Shown: positions 1-8,811 of the stretch, one piece after another
Position numbering within the stretch: the stretch's first letter is position 1
Layout of the letters: every line of letters begins with the position of its first letter
Assembly (NCBI GenBank): GCA_963812605.1
Contig: CAWEWF010000005.1
Coordinates: 192,001-256,000, forward strand
Direction of reading: 5' to 3'
DNA length: 64,000 nucleotides
Source of the DNA: an uncultured Verrucomicrobiae bacterium
GTDB taxonomy: Bacteria; Verrucomicrobiota; Verrucomicrobiia; Palsa-1439
Notes under the pieces: generated by a model
What the model was told of the DNA's origin: nothing
What the model saw: only the letters and a program-made list of their open reading frames with translations
The model's database searches: none
Made by a program: the position numbers and the translations under genes

Positions 1-272
1 ACTGCCCGCCGCAGAAATCCCCGTCGCCGATCAAGCGGCAGATCGAGAGCGCCAAGTACGGTCTCGACACAGCCGTGTTTGCCGTCGATCGCTTTTTCAA
101 GAACATTGAGAACCAAGCCGATTTCAGTCTTGATCAAGGCAGCCTGCACCGCACGCGAGAAACTCCTGCGGGAGAGCCGCTGGTCAGTCCACGTGTGAAG
201 CTCGACCTCAACATGGGGGAGGCCGCCAGGCCCTACGTGGGTGTGCGGATCATCATCCCGGTTGGAAAGTGA
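1..272 (+). CDS. Hypothetical protein, 3' part (probably starts before the window)
   Basis: The ORF 75..272 frame is open back to the window start. It ends VRIIIPVGK, resembling a terminal beta-strand. Confidence 0.45.
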   Translation, partial: CPPQKSPSPIKRQIESAKYGLDTAVFAVDRFFKNIENQADFSLDQGSLHRTRETPAGEPLVSPRVKLDLNMGEAARPYVGVRIIIPVGK

Positions 273-519
273 CACGCGGCGAAAGCCCTGCTCGCGCGGC
301 CAACGGGCCTGAACGCCAATCTTTCTGGTAGAGATCAAGTTCCAGCCTGGTTATTCCCGTTTGCGATGGACCAATGGGGTAGGATTATTCCCTATGCGAG
401 ATTTAGATTTTGCCCAATTGTAGGTAACCGACGGACGCACTATGGTGATTGCAAGTTGGAGGGCAGCCGTGAGCAGTGGCTAATTTGTCGGCCGACCTGA
501 CACAAAAGAATTTGGCGAA

Positions 520-843
520 ATGAACATCAAAACCATTGCCCGTTCTGAATTTGACGAATTGGTGCCTGATTACCCGGCCCTGGCGCGGCTGATGGTGGAG
601 CCGGTTGAATGGTTTTCCAATCGGTCGGGCACCCTGGTCGCCGCGATAGCCCGGGGCGATGGCGTGGCGAGTTGGAATTACGCCATCTTGAAACGGGACA
701 AGAAAGGCGATTTCCACGTGCGCAAGGTGATGAACAACCTTTTCAGCCTGAAGGCCGCCAAGGTTGATCTCTTGCTTTCGATGGCGGAGATAGGGATCAG
801 CCAGCCCGATCCGGTGACCTCTTCTATTTTATCCGGATCGTGA
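520..843 (+). CDS. Hypothetical protein (107 aa)
   Basis: ATG-started ORF with globular composition and no recognisable motif. Confidence 0.55.
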   Translation: MNIKTIARSEFDELVPDYPALARLMVEPVEWFSNRSGTLVAAIARGDGVASWNYAILKRDKKGDFHVRKVMNNLFSLKAAKVDLLLSMAEIGISQPDPVTSSILSGS

Positions 844-896
844 TTGGCAGAGGCCACAAAAGCCCGTATTGATCTGGCATTCTAAGGAGCTGCGAG

Positions 897-1166
897 GTGG
901 CATTTGTTACCTTTACCGCTGACGTGGTGGCAAAGAGCAAGGCGGGACCGGTTTTCAAACGCGTTCCCGGAATCATTCTCGAAGGTATTGAGCATCGGTG
1001 CTCCGAAATCGTTTCGGAGATGCGCTGCCCCCGCCATCAGCAAAGTGCCGAAGTCCTGGTTGACGTCGAGAATCCCGACCAACTGGAAATTGAGATCGTC
1101 TGTTGTTGCAATCGATTCGCAACCCGTGTGCGCGAGGCCCTGAACAAATCGCTCGATCAACGCTGA
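897..1166 (+). CDS. Hypothetical protein with Cys/His motifs (CPRH...CCC)
   Basis: GTG start preceded by AAGGAG/GAGG. 89 aa with possible metal-binding residues. Confidence 0.5.
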   Translation: MAFVTFTADVVAKSKAGPVFKRVPGIILEGIEHRCSEIVSEMRCPRHQQSAEVLVDVENPDQLEIEIVCCCNRFATRVREALNKSLDQR

Positions 1167-1208
1167 GTCGAATCACGCACATTTATATCGCAGCAGGGAG
1201 CGTCGACA

Positions 1209-2018
1209 TCACGGCCCTTTGGAGGAATCAACTGCGGGTTTGTTCCCGAACTGAAACAAACTGTTATCAAATGTGAATTGGTAGGCGATGTAACATTGGA
1301 ACTGCGTCGGGCCGTCAATGGACCGGCCAGCGGAGAAAAGCAAGTGATGCTGCTCAGTGAGGTCGATGACCGTGCCGATATTGAACGCGGTGCCGGCGTT
1401 GGGAAAGTCCACTTGCAGGGACGTTTGATGATATACCTCCACGCCGATGAGGACATTGGTCAAGACCTGTTTTTGCAATACGCCGCCCACAAAGCCCCAA
1501 TTTCCTTTGCCAGAAAAGGAATTGATGCCGTAGCCGCCGCCACCGTAAGCCGTCCATGAACCCCAACTCTTTTGCGCCCACACGGGCACGAACGCCTGTA
1601 GATGGCCCGTGCCGAGATTGTCTTTGGCGCTGCCCGAGGGAACTTCCAGCAGCGGGAAAACGCCCACTTGCGGCAGCCATTCGGTCTCCTGAATGAAGCG
1701 GAATTTCGCGCCCAGTTCCGTGTCACCATAACCGTAATGGGCGCTGCCGGCGGAAGGCGCGTCGTACGCCAGCGGCGCAATCAGATGGAGCTGCACGTTG
1801 GAAATGATGCCATAGTTCAGCTCGAAATGCGGCCCGGTACCCGACCAATCGCCGGGGACCTTGGAATCCTGGGAGGCGATATAGAATTCCCAATGTTGGT
1901 AGTCCACGGGTTCGGGGTCGTCGGTGAAGAATGGAGGGCCACCGAAAGTGTTTCCGACGAGGGTTACGCTGAGGATCGCCAGTTGAGCTACAACGGCCAG
2001 GCATCGTGTGGTTCGCAT
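1209..2018 (-). CDS. Outer-membrane beta-barrel 'transporter' family protein (MetA-pathway of phenol degradation-like)
   Basis: Signal peptide, GPPFFTDDPEPV motif, GYGDTELGAKFRF, alternating aromatic beta-strands and YIAYQFTF near the C-terminus. Confidence 0.7.
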   Translation of the reverse strand: MRTTRCLAVVAQLAILSVTLVGNTFGGPPFFTDDPEPVDYQHWEFYIASQDSKVPGDWSGTGPHFELNYGIISNVQLHLIAPLAYDAPSAGSAHYGYGDTELGAKFRFIQETEWLPQVGVFPLLEVPSGSAKDNLGTGHLQAFVPVWAQKSWGSWTAYGGGGYGINSFSGKGNWGFVGGVLQKQVLTNVLIGVEVYHQTSLQVDFPNAGTAFNIGTVIDLTEQHHLLFSAGRSIDGPTQFQCYIAYQFTFDNSLFQFGNKPAVDSSKGP

Positions 2019-2031
2019 GGGGCGTGTTTTG

Positions 2032-2352
2032 TCAGTCGCCGATCAAATAGAACCCGATGATGATCAGCCCGCCCGCCACCACTCCCGCCATGAGTGTTCC
2101 GATCAAGCGGTTGGCGGAGATCTGGATTCCCCGCCCACTGTTGGCCCTGGCGAACAGCCAGCCGAACAGGGCAAACAGGACAAGGACGATGGCACTATGA
2201 GAAACCCAGTGATGGCCGGTGAGTTTTTGCAGTCCCGCCAAGACGGCTGGAATCTTCTCTTTCGCGACGACCAGCAACGCATTGATCACGCTGGCAAGCG
2301 CCGCGGATAGCCCGAAGGAGATTGTATATTTTGAAACGCTGGTGTTTTCCAT
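2032..2352 (-). CDS. Small three-TM membrane protein with GHHWVSH motif
   Basis: Three hydrophobic segments. Co-oriented and closely spaced with its neighbours. Confidence 0.65.
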   Translation of the reverse strand: MENTSVSKYTISFGLSAALASVINALLVVAKEKIPAVLAGLQKLTGHHWVSHSAIVLVLFALFGWLFARANSGRGIQISANRLIGTLMAGVVAGGLIIIGFYLIGD

Positions 2353-2373
2353 GTTCGGTCTTCTTCTCGATTG

Positions 2374-2829
2374 TCACTTCGCCAGCAAGGCCACTTTCAC
2401 TCCCATCGCAATGATTGCGCCTTCGCCTTCCATCATCAAGGCCAGCAGGGCAATCGCGCCGGCCACCCACAGCACCACCCGTCGCGCGTCTTGATTGGCC
2501 GCCAGGTTGTTGGAGGCGGCGATCGGGAGATAGGTGACCAGCAGCAACAGCATGATGACCAAGTGTTCCTTTGTCTCCATGAAGAAACTGTGGGCGAAAG
2601 GCCATGGTCCCTTGAGGATGATGGTTTTATCCACCTTGTAGAAGACGACGTACCAATAGCCGGCAGTACAAAAGGCCAACCACATGAACACCGCGGCGGC
2701 CCGAGACAGGCTCCGGATCCGGGCTTGATTGGTTTCCGAGGCGTGCAGCACATCGACGAAGATCCACACGGTCGTGATGATGCAAGCCATCCCAAACGCC
2801 ACATGCGCCATCAAGATCAGTTCAGTCAT
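2374..2829 (-). CDS. Four-TM membrane protein with His residues (AHVAFG; AHSFFMETKEHL)
   Basis: ORF 2374..2880, likely start MTELILMAH. Four hydrophobic helices. Confidence 0.65.
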   Translation of the reverse strand: MTELILMAHVAFGMACIITTVWIFVDVLHASETNQARIRSLSRAAAVFMWLAFCTAGYWYVVFYKVDKTIILKGPWPFAHSFFMETKEHLVIMLLLLVTYLPIAASNNLAANQDARRVVLWVAGAIALLALMMEGEGAIIAMGVKVALLAK

Positions 2830-2935
2830 AATTCGTTGCCGGGCGAAATAATCTCCGCTCCCGGTCGATTTAGCCATCAAATCTTGCGCATTCGAGCTCC
2901 CGTGAAATGCGGCTAGGGATGCGGACCGGGGCGGG

Positions 2936-3070
2936 AGTCAGAAGCCGGTAGCCAAGTAGCCAGTAGCCAAGGGGCGGAAAGCGGAAAGCGAGAAGGGAGG
3001 AGATGAACGCCGAACGTTCAACTTTCAAAAAGGGAAGGCCAACCGCGAATTTACACGAATGGACGCGGAT
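2936..3070. repeat. Mosaic of short degenerate tandem repeats (GTAGCCA x3, GCGGAAA x2, AACGCCG/AACGTTC/AACTTTC, ~10-mer CGAAT units)
   Basis: Read directly from the intergenic sequence. Confidence 0.55.
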
Positions 3071-3224
3071 GGGGAGGCGCGTCGATGCTGAAATCCGCCC
3101 GTTGCTTGTTAGACTGCCAGCACTTCGGAGGCCCCATGTGAACGCGAGCGATGGAGAGGCGGAAGGGTACCTGTGCCCCTACGGGAGCCTGTGAGGGAGT
3201 CGCCGGCGCAGTGAAGTTGTAATA

Positions 3225-5114
3225 TTATTCTTGGATCTTCGCCTCTAGCAACAGGGGCACGCGATTGGGAAACAGCAGCGACGCGATGGTACAGAGGGCT
3301 ATACCCTCGTTGGAGAATTCTAATGTTTCAGGTCCAAAGCTCTCTGTGATCGCCGCGTCAAATTCCTTCTTAAAATCTGCAACTGTCCATACACCGAATC
3401 CAATCCGGTGTGAGTAGTTCATACCCTCCTCAATCACGCTGCGACCAAATTGTCGATAATCAGATGGAATGAAGAACGTCGATGACTTCCGATCAAGCGA
3501 CCGCAGATCCCACGCATTACCGAAGCCAAGCTTGGCGCCAAACAGTAACAGTACAGGAAGAAGGAGAGATGTATTTACGGGTCGCCAATCCTTCGGCCGG
3601 TGCTCCTTTGGACCCATTGACAGAATGTATTCGAACGCCCAAGCACCATCAACGTCGGCGCGGGTGATATTTCCACGCCGTTCGGCGAAGCTGGCAAAAT
3701 ACATGTTGATAACTCGCTCGGCCATCTCCCTCTTTTGCTTCAAGAGGCAAGCCTTTATGAAAACATATATTGGGGCTGCCTGTTCATCAGACACTGCCAC
3801 AATCGAATCCCCGTACCTTTGAAGGATCTCAGATGCTAGTTCGAAGTGATGTGTATCGGCTGTATGGAGATCGGGAAACAGGGTATTGAGAATTACGGAT
3901 AAACCAATCCATCCCAATGTTTTTGTGATTCGCAAGGGCAAATAAAATAATTCGGCTGACGGGCTCAAACCGCTCATAAGTGCATACTTTCCCGCCTTGA
4001 CGGAACTCAGCAATCCGTCCCAACTGTTTGAGTCCAGTTCTAGCATTTCTTGAAGCGCGCCGCGTGTGTAGTTTCTGACCTGTTCGATGTCGATCACCGG
4101 GAGAAGAGACAGAGTGCAGGCGGCAAGACATTGTGATACCGCGAACAGCTCCGATGATTCGTCCGCTCTAGCACACAATGTGCGACCAAGACCTTGTACA
4201 AAAGAGATCTTGGTCTGTACATCGTCGCCCGCGTCACGAAGTACGCTGTCGAGGAGATCGAGCAAGCGTCGAGGATTTGGGTCATCCTTGATAAGGCGGT
4301 ATTCGTCCCAAAAGAGTGGGGATTGTTTGCGGACTCGCTTACCGAATTCAGACAGCGGGTTGACACTATCGACCGGAAAGCTGTATTCCCCAACGCCAAC
4401 GTCGAAATGTGGATTTCGCGCAAAACGGCCATTGCCGAAGAGATTGAGCCCCCATGAGATCGGTTTTTGTCCCACTCCCTTGGCTGATATTGAACGTGAC
4501 ACAATCGCCCCAACCTCAATCAGGTCTAGGAACGGTTGTTGCGTCTGAACTACTTGCTCGCCGGTTAAGCACTTGATCAAGGCTCTCGTCATAACACTTC
4601 CGTCAGAGCTGTCTCCCGCGAATTGCTCGGATGAGCAGGCACCAAGAAAGGCTACACTCGAAGCTTCGGACGAACCAATAACCTCTGGCTTCAAAAGCTG
4701 GTTCAAGTCGAAAGATGAACCCCCGGCTTGGCAGGCATCAACAATTATATTCACCTGGTTCGGGTGAAATTCGTTGATAAGAGTGAAAAGGGAAGTAATC
4801 GGGAAGGCGGTCGTCGAAAGACGGTCCGGATCGGAATTGCGCGTGCAGAGAAAAAAACTGCCCGCCTTTACTCCGCCGTGGCCCGAAAAGAAAACCGTGA
4901 GGACCCCGACTTCTTCGCCTTGAGGAAACGCTTTATCGAGAGCGCTGATTATGTCTGTTTCGGTTGGCGAAAGAAGAAGCTGCGATGTTTCTGCTACGTA
5001 GTGCGGATTCTGTCCGACGAGGGCACTGTACACGTCTTTCGCATCCTTTTCTGCCCCACGGAGTGCTTTCAGGTGGGTATGTGAGTTACATCCTATAGAG
5101 ATGAGGACGTTCAT
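3225..5114 (-). CDS. Caspase-family (peptidase C14, metacaspase-like) protein with a large, probably helical C-terminal domain
   Basis: N-terminal LISIGCN...LRGAEKDA, catalytic His in FFSGHG and Cys in IVDACQAG, and FLGACSSEQFA. About 390 aa of unassigned C-terminus follows. Confidence 0.85.
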   Translation of the reverse strand: MNVLISIGCNSHTHLKALRGAEKDAKDVYSALVGQNPHYVAETSQLLLSPTETDIISALDKAFPQGEEVGVLTVFFSGHGGVKAGSFFLCTRNSDPDRLSTTAFPITSLFTLINEFHPNQVNIIVDACQAGGSSFDLNQLLKPEVIGSSEASSVAFLGACSSEQFAGDSSDGSVMTRALIKCLTGEQVVQTQQPFLDLIEVGAIVSRSISAKGVGQKPISWGLNLFGNGRFARNPHFDVGVGEYSFPVDSVNPLSEFGKRVRKQSPLFWDEYRLIKDDPNPRRLLDLLDSVLRDAGDDVQTKISFVQGLGRTLCARADESSELFAVSQCLAACTLSLLPVIDIEQVRNYTRGALQEMLELDSNSWDGLLSSVKAGKYALMSGLSPSAELFYLPLRITKTLGWIGLSVILNTLFPDLHTADTHHFELASEILQRYGDSIVAVSDEQAAPIYVFIKACLLKQKREMAERVINMYFASFAERRGNITRADVDGAWAFEYILSMGPKEHRPKDWRPVNTSLLLPVLLLFGAKLGFGNAWDLRSLDRKSSTFFIPSDYRQFGRSVIEEGMNYSHRIGFGVWTVADFKKEFDAAITESFGPETLEFSNEGIALCTIASLLFPNRVPLLLEAKIQE

Positions 5115-5746
5115 ACTAACTGGTCGTATCGCGCCATGCGCTTCTCTTCCCGCTGCAACGCTTCTCTCTCCTTCAGTTCCTGAGCTTGCCTGATTGTTTC
5201 CTGAAACTCTGGCCCTCGCTCGGCGATCTCCCGCTGAAGCTGCTCTTGGTAGCCTTCGCCGAAGAGATAGATATTTGGTGTGGACACTTTCCCATCAGAC
5301 CCAACACTTACATCGCTCTTACGAACCATCTCCAAGAATGCATCTGCGAGGGAACCACCCTGCGGCACCGGAACTGTCATCCCAATCTTGGTTGTTTCTT
5401 CGAGAATCTGGTCAACTAATTGTTGTTCAAACGCGCCAGCTGTTTTGTGGATGAAGTCGGAAATTAATGTCAGATCGTTTGCGAGTACGCGACTGAATTC
5501 AATTCGGCAATCCACACTGCGATGCTCAACCGTGCCAACACAGCGGCTGAATTCATCCATCTGATGTCTTTGGAAGACCCACTTCCTTCCATGATACAGC
5601 GTTTCTTTGTTCTCTCGAGCAACGTGCCTTTCTATTCGAGTGTCTAGTTCTCTGATCAACAAGAGGACGAGTTGGCGCTCGAATTCACGCGACTCCTTCT
5701 CTGCCGCAAAAGGCAACTTTTTGGTTGGAGGCTGTTCGTTATTCAC
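5111..5746 (-). CDS. Hypothetical protein translationally coupled to the caspase; possible truncated HK97-capsid-like fold
   Basis: 211-aa ORF whose stop overlaps the caspase start (ATGA). Same AT-richer composition as the caspase. The fold call is inference only. Confidence 0.7.
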   Translation of the reverse strand: MNNEQPPTKKLPFAAEKESREFERQLVLLLIRELDTRIERHVARENKETLYHGRKWVFQRHQMDEFSRCVGTVEHRSVDCRIEFSRVLANDLTLISDFIHKTAGAFEQQLVDQILEETTKIGMTVPVPQGGSLADAFLEMVRKSDVSVGSDGKVSTPNIYLFGEGYQEQLQREIAERGPEFQETIRQAQELKEREALQREEKRMARYDQLV

Positions 5747-5823
5747 GGTGGTGCTAATTTAGGCGAAGACAGCGGAAAAACAACACCGAGGACAGGGTGG
5801 GGGGCTCTCCCGGTGATTATGGC

Positions 5824-6063
5824 TCAAGCTATCTGCTTGGTGGAAAAATTGTAGCCGACGGCTTCGAGGAGTTGTTCGATTTCTTCGATGGCTACCTTGG
5901 GGCTGAAGGAGAAGGCGATGAATTCTTTGCCTTCGGCGACGGAAATGGCTTCGTCCGCCTTGATTCCCTCGCCGCGGAGTTCGGAGCGGAACTGGTTGGC
6001 TTCGATGCTCAGAATCGAGGTGGTAAAGCTGCGATCTTGTTTTTGTAGGACAGTGGCTTTCAT
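5824..6063 (-). CDS. Hypothetical protein (79 aa)
   Basis: Likely start MKATVLQ preceded by GAGAAAAAG. Host-like codon usage. Confidence 0.55.
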   Translation of the reverse strand: MKATVLQKQDRSFTTSILSIEANQFRSELRGEGIKADEAISVAEGKEFIAFSFSPKVAIEEIEQLLEAVGYNFSTKQIA

Positions 6064-6197
6064 TCTTTTTCTCGTTTCCCCGCGTTTTAGTTCCGACGGT
6101 TTGTGGCGTCCGTGCACCGTTCAACCCTGTCGGCTGGAATAGCAACTTTCCTTTAAGGGCATTTACCGTGCCGGTAACGGGGAAGGCGGCAACGACT

Positions 6198-6358
6198 GAG
6201 ATCCTTCGACAAGCTCAGGATGACAACCGAAGGAAAGGGAAAGACGGCAACCGGGACGGTCGCCCTACAATTCGGAGGCGGCGCGGTCGGGCTCCGAAAG
6301 CGTTCGGGGTAAAAGACCGGCGCCGAACAGGATCCACAGGCAGGGACGCCTGTGCCAC
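6198..6358. repeat. Cluster of different REP-like palindromes
   Basis: GAGATCCTTCGACAAGCTCAGGATGACA (6198-6225), rc GTAGGGCGACCGTCCCGGTTGCCGT (6244-6268), hairpin CTCCGAA-AGCG-TTCGGGG (6292-6309) and rc GTGGCACAGGCGTCCCTGCCTGTG (6335-6358). Confidence 0.6.
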
Positions 6359-6381
6359 CATAAAGAAACGGCGCGGGCGGA

Positions 6382-7587
6382 CTATTCGCTCAGTTTCAGG
6401 GATTCGACGCCGATTATGTTGGGGTTGCCATCTTTGATGGCGGTGAGGAGTTTTTCGCTGGGTTCGGCGTTGAGCTGGATGCGGCAGCAGGCGGCGGCAG
6501 CGCCTTCGAAGATGATGTTTTGGACTTCCTCGATGTTGGTGTTGGCGCGGCGGATCTGGTCCATGACATGGGCGAGGACGCCGACGCGGTCGTAATGGCG
6601 GACGACGAGCTGCCATTTGGCGGGGGTACGGGTGGCGAGGTTGACGCAGTTGGGAACGGCCCCCGTCTTGACGTAGGTTTCGATGATGCGGATGGCTTCC
6701 TCGGCGATGGCTTCCTGGGCCTGTTCGGTGGACGCGCCGATGTGGTGCGTGCCGTAGAGATTCGGCTGGTCGAGGATCGGGTCGGCGAATTCGCCCGCGG
6801 TTTCGGCGGGTTCAGGATCGAAGACATCGAGGCCCGCGCGGATTTTCTTCGCGGCGAGCGCGGCGGCGAGGGCAGATTGATCGATGACTTCGCCGCGAGC
6901 GGTATTGATGAGGATCGCATTGGGTTTCATCAGGGCAATGCGCCTGGCGTTGACGAGTTTTTTGGTTTCGGGTTTCAACGCGACGTGCAAGCTGATGATG
7001 TCGGCGCGGCGGAAAAGCGTGTCGAGGTCGGGACAGTACTCGACTTCGAGGTCGCGGGCCCTTTGGAGGTTGAGGGAACGCGACCAGGCGATGACATGAA
7101 GGCCGAAGGCGTGGGCGCGCGTAATGACCTCGCGGCCGACCTGGCCGACGCCGATGATGCCGAGTGTTTTGCCAAAGACGCCGTCGGCTTTGCTGAATTC
7201 CTTCTTGTTCCATTGATGAGCGCGAAGCGCGGTGACGTTCTCGGCGAGACGGCGGTCGAGGCCGAGCAGGAGCGCGAAGACCAACTCGGCGACCGCGACG
7301 GAGTTTTTGCCGGGGCAATTGCTCACATAGACGCCGCGGGCGCTGGCGGCCTTGACGTCGATGGTATTCACGCCCGCGCCGGCGCGGACGATGACGGCGA
7401 GTTGGTCGCCGGCCTTGATCGTCTCGGCGGAGACTTCTTTGCTGCGGACAACGAGGACCTGGTAGGGGGCGATGAGTTTGGGGAGTTCCCCGGCTTTGAC
7501 GGCGGGCTTGTAGGCGACCTCGCAGCCGAGCTTCTTGAGTTGGTCGAGATGTTTCTCGGAGAACTTGTCGGCGATCAGAATTTTCAT
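6382..7587 (-). CDS. serA: D-3-phosphoglycerate dehydrogenase with C-terminal ACT domain
   Basis: MKILIADK start, RAGAGVNTIDV, GIIGVGQVG Rossmann motif, INTARG, HIGAST and ACT domain HYDRVGVLA. Confidence 0.85.
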   Translation of the reverse strand: MKILIADKFSEKHLDQLKKLGCEVAYKPAVKAGELPKLIAPYQVLVVRSKEVSAETIKAGDQLAVIVRAGAGVNTIDVKAASARGVYVSNCPGKNSVAVAELVFALLLGLDRRLAENVTALRAHQWNKKEFSKADGVFGKTLGIIGVGQVGREVITRAHAFGLHVIAWSRSLNLQRARDLEVEYCPDLDTLFRRADIISLHVALKPETKKLVNARRIALMKPNAILINTARGEVIDQSALAAALAAKKIRAGLDVFDPEPAETAGEFADPILDQPNLYGTHHIGASTEQAQEAIAEEAIRIIETYVKTGAVPNCVNLATRTPAKWQLVVRHYDRVGVLAHVMDQIRRANTNIEEVQNIIFEGAAAACCRIQLNAEPSEKLLTAIKDGNPNIIGVESLKLSE

Positions 7588-7756
7588 GTTGATCTCCCGC
7601 AGGCGAAGGAATGCTGTGGGCGAAGGATAGAGCAGGGCGGCGGCCATTGGCAAGCGCGGTTGCGCCAGCATTACAAGCGCGCAACGGATTGTGTCATAAT
7701 CCGCAATCGTACGCTTGCAATGGCAGTCGCGAACCGGTACATTGCGCGGCTTGGAG

Positions 7757-8185
7757 ATGAGCCCCGCAGCCTCAGGAGAAGAAGCGAAATCGGCGTCCAC
7801 CGGCAAGAAGTTACGCGTGCTGGTGGTCGACGACCAGCCGGCGGTGTGCGAGGTGGTGGCCGACAGCATTCAATACGCGGGGCACGAAATTGTCGGCACT
7901 GCCAAGGACGGCATGGAAGCCGTGACGCGGGCCAAGGAATTGCAGCCCGACCTGGTGGTGATGGACATTTCGATGCCGCGGATGAACGGCGTGGAGGCGA
8001 TGAAGGCGATCCTGGCGGCGGGATCGGCGAAGAAGGTGTTACTGATGTCGGGCGAATACCGGTCGCTGGGCGTGACGCGCGACGAGATGATGCGGCATGG
8101 GGCGTCGGGTTTCATGGAGAAACCGTTCAACGTGACGGAGTTATTTGATATGCTGGACCGCTGGGCAGCCGAGGTGTACCGATGA
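7757..8185 (+). CDS. Single-domain response regulator (CheY-like receiver)
   Basis: VLVVDD, DLVVMDISMPRMNG and KPF motifs. Start preceded by GGAG. Confidence 0.9.
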   Translation: MSPAASGEEAKSASTGKKLRVLVVDDQPAVCEVVADSIQYAGHEIVGTAKDGMEAVTRAKELQPDLVVMDISMPRMNGVEAMKAILAAGSAKKVLLMSGEYRSLGVTRDEMMRHGASGFMEKPFNVTELFDMLDRWAAEVYR

Positions 8186-8472
8186 ACAACCTGAGCGAGA
8201 AGAATTTCCAGGCAATCGTCAAGTATGGGCCGATTGCCCTGGGGCTGTGCCTGCTCCTCAACATCTGGGCCGTGATGCGTTACCGCGAAGTTTATCGGGA
8301 TGCCATCAAGTCCGAAGTCAAGCTCCAGCAATTGGCGACGGGGGAACAAATCGCGCAAGCCGTGGTGCAGGAATTCGCCGCGCGCGCCAATAGCGATTCG
8401 CACATTGCCGAGATTTTCCGGCAGGCGCAAGCCCAGGAACAACGAGATCAATTATCCGCACCCACACGATGA
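8182..8472 (+). CDS. Small single-TM hypothetical protein
   Basis: ATGA overlap with the regulator. N-terminal TM helix followed by a helical region. Confidence 0.65.
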   Translation: MNNLSEKNFQAIVKYGPIALGLCLLLNIWAVMRYREVYRDAIKSEVKLQQLATGEQIAQAVVQEFAARANSDSHIAEIFRQAQAQEQRDQLSAPTR

Positions 8473-8811
8473 GCGCACCGGAAGAAACCCCGAACGAAAT
8501 GCAGGCGGAGCAGCCGATGGATGTGGCCGCGGCGGTCGGGGAGTTGCGCCTGCTGGTGTGCGGACTCGGCGGGGCGCTGATCCTGATGAGCCTGGTATTG
8601 AGCGCTTTCGTGCTCAAGCAGACGCGGGACATCGGTGCGGCGACCAACAATCGGCAGCATCAAATCGCGCAATTGCAGACCACGCAAAGGCCGACCATGA
8701 ACTTATTGAAGGACCTGGCGACGTACAGCATGGGCAAACCCGAGTTGACCGCCCTGTTCACCAAGCATGGCCTTCAGTTTGGGCCTCCCGGCGGCGCGGC
8801 CGCAACATTAG
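8469..8811 (+). CDS. Small single-TM hypothetical protein (end approximate)
   Basis: ATGA overlap and a TM helix then a helical region. The computed ORF runs on antisense through rnc. An out-of-frame TAG at 8809-8811 is the likely real stop after a 1-nt error. Confidence 0.55.

Noticed and set aside
6520-8148. 542-aa plus-strand ORF and similar long antisense ORFs (e.g. 27815-29179, 20474-21724, 26312-27625)
   Set aside because: These are shadow frames of well-supported GC-rich genes and show no protein motifs.
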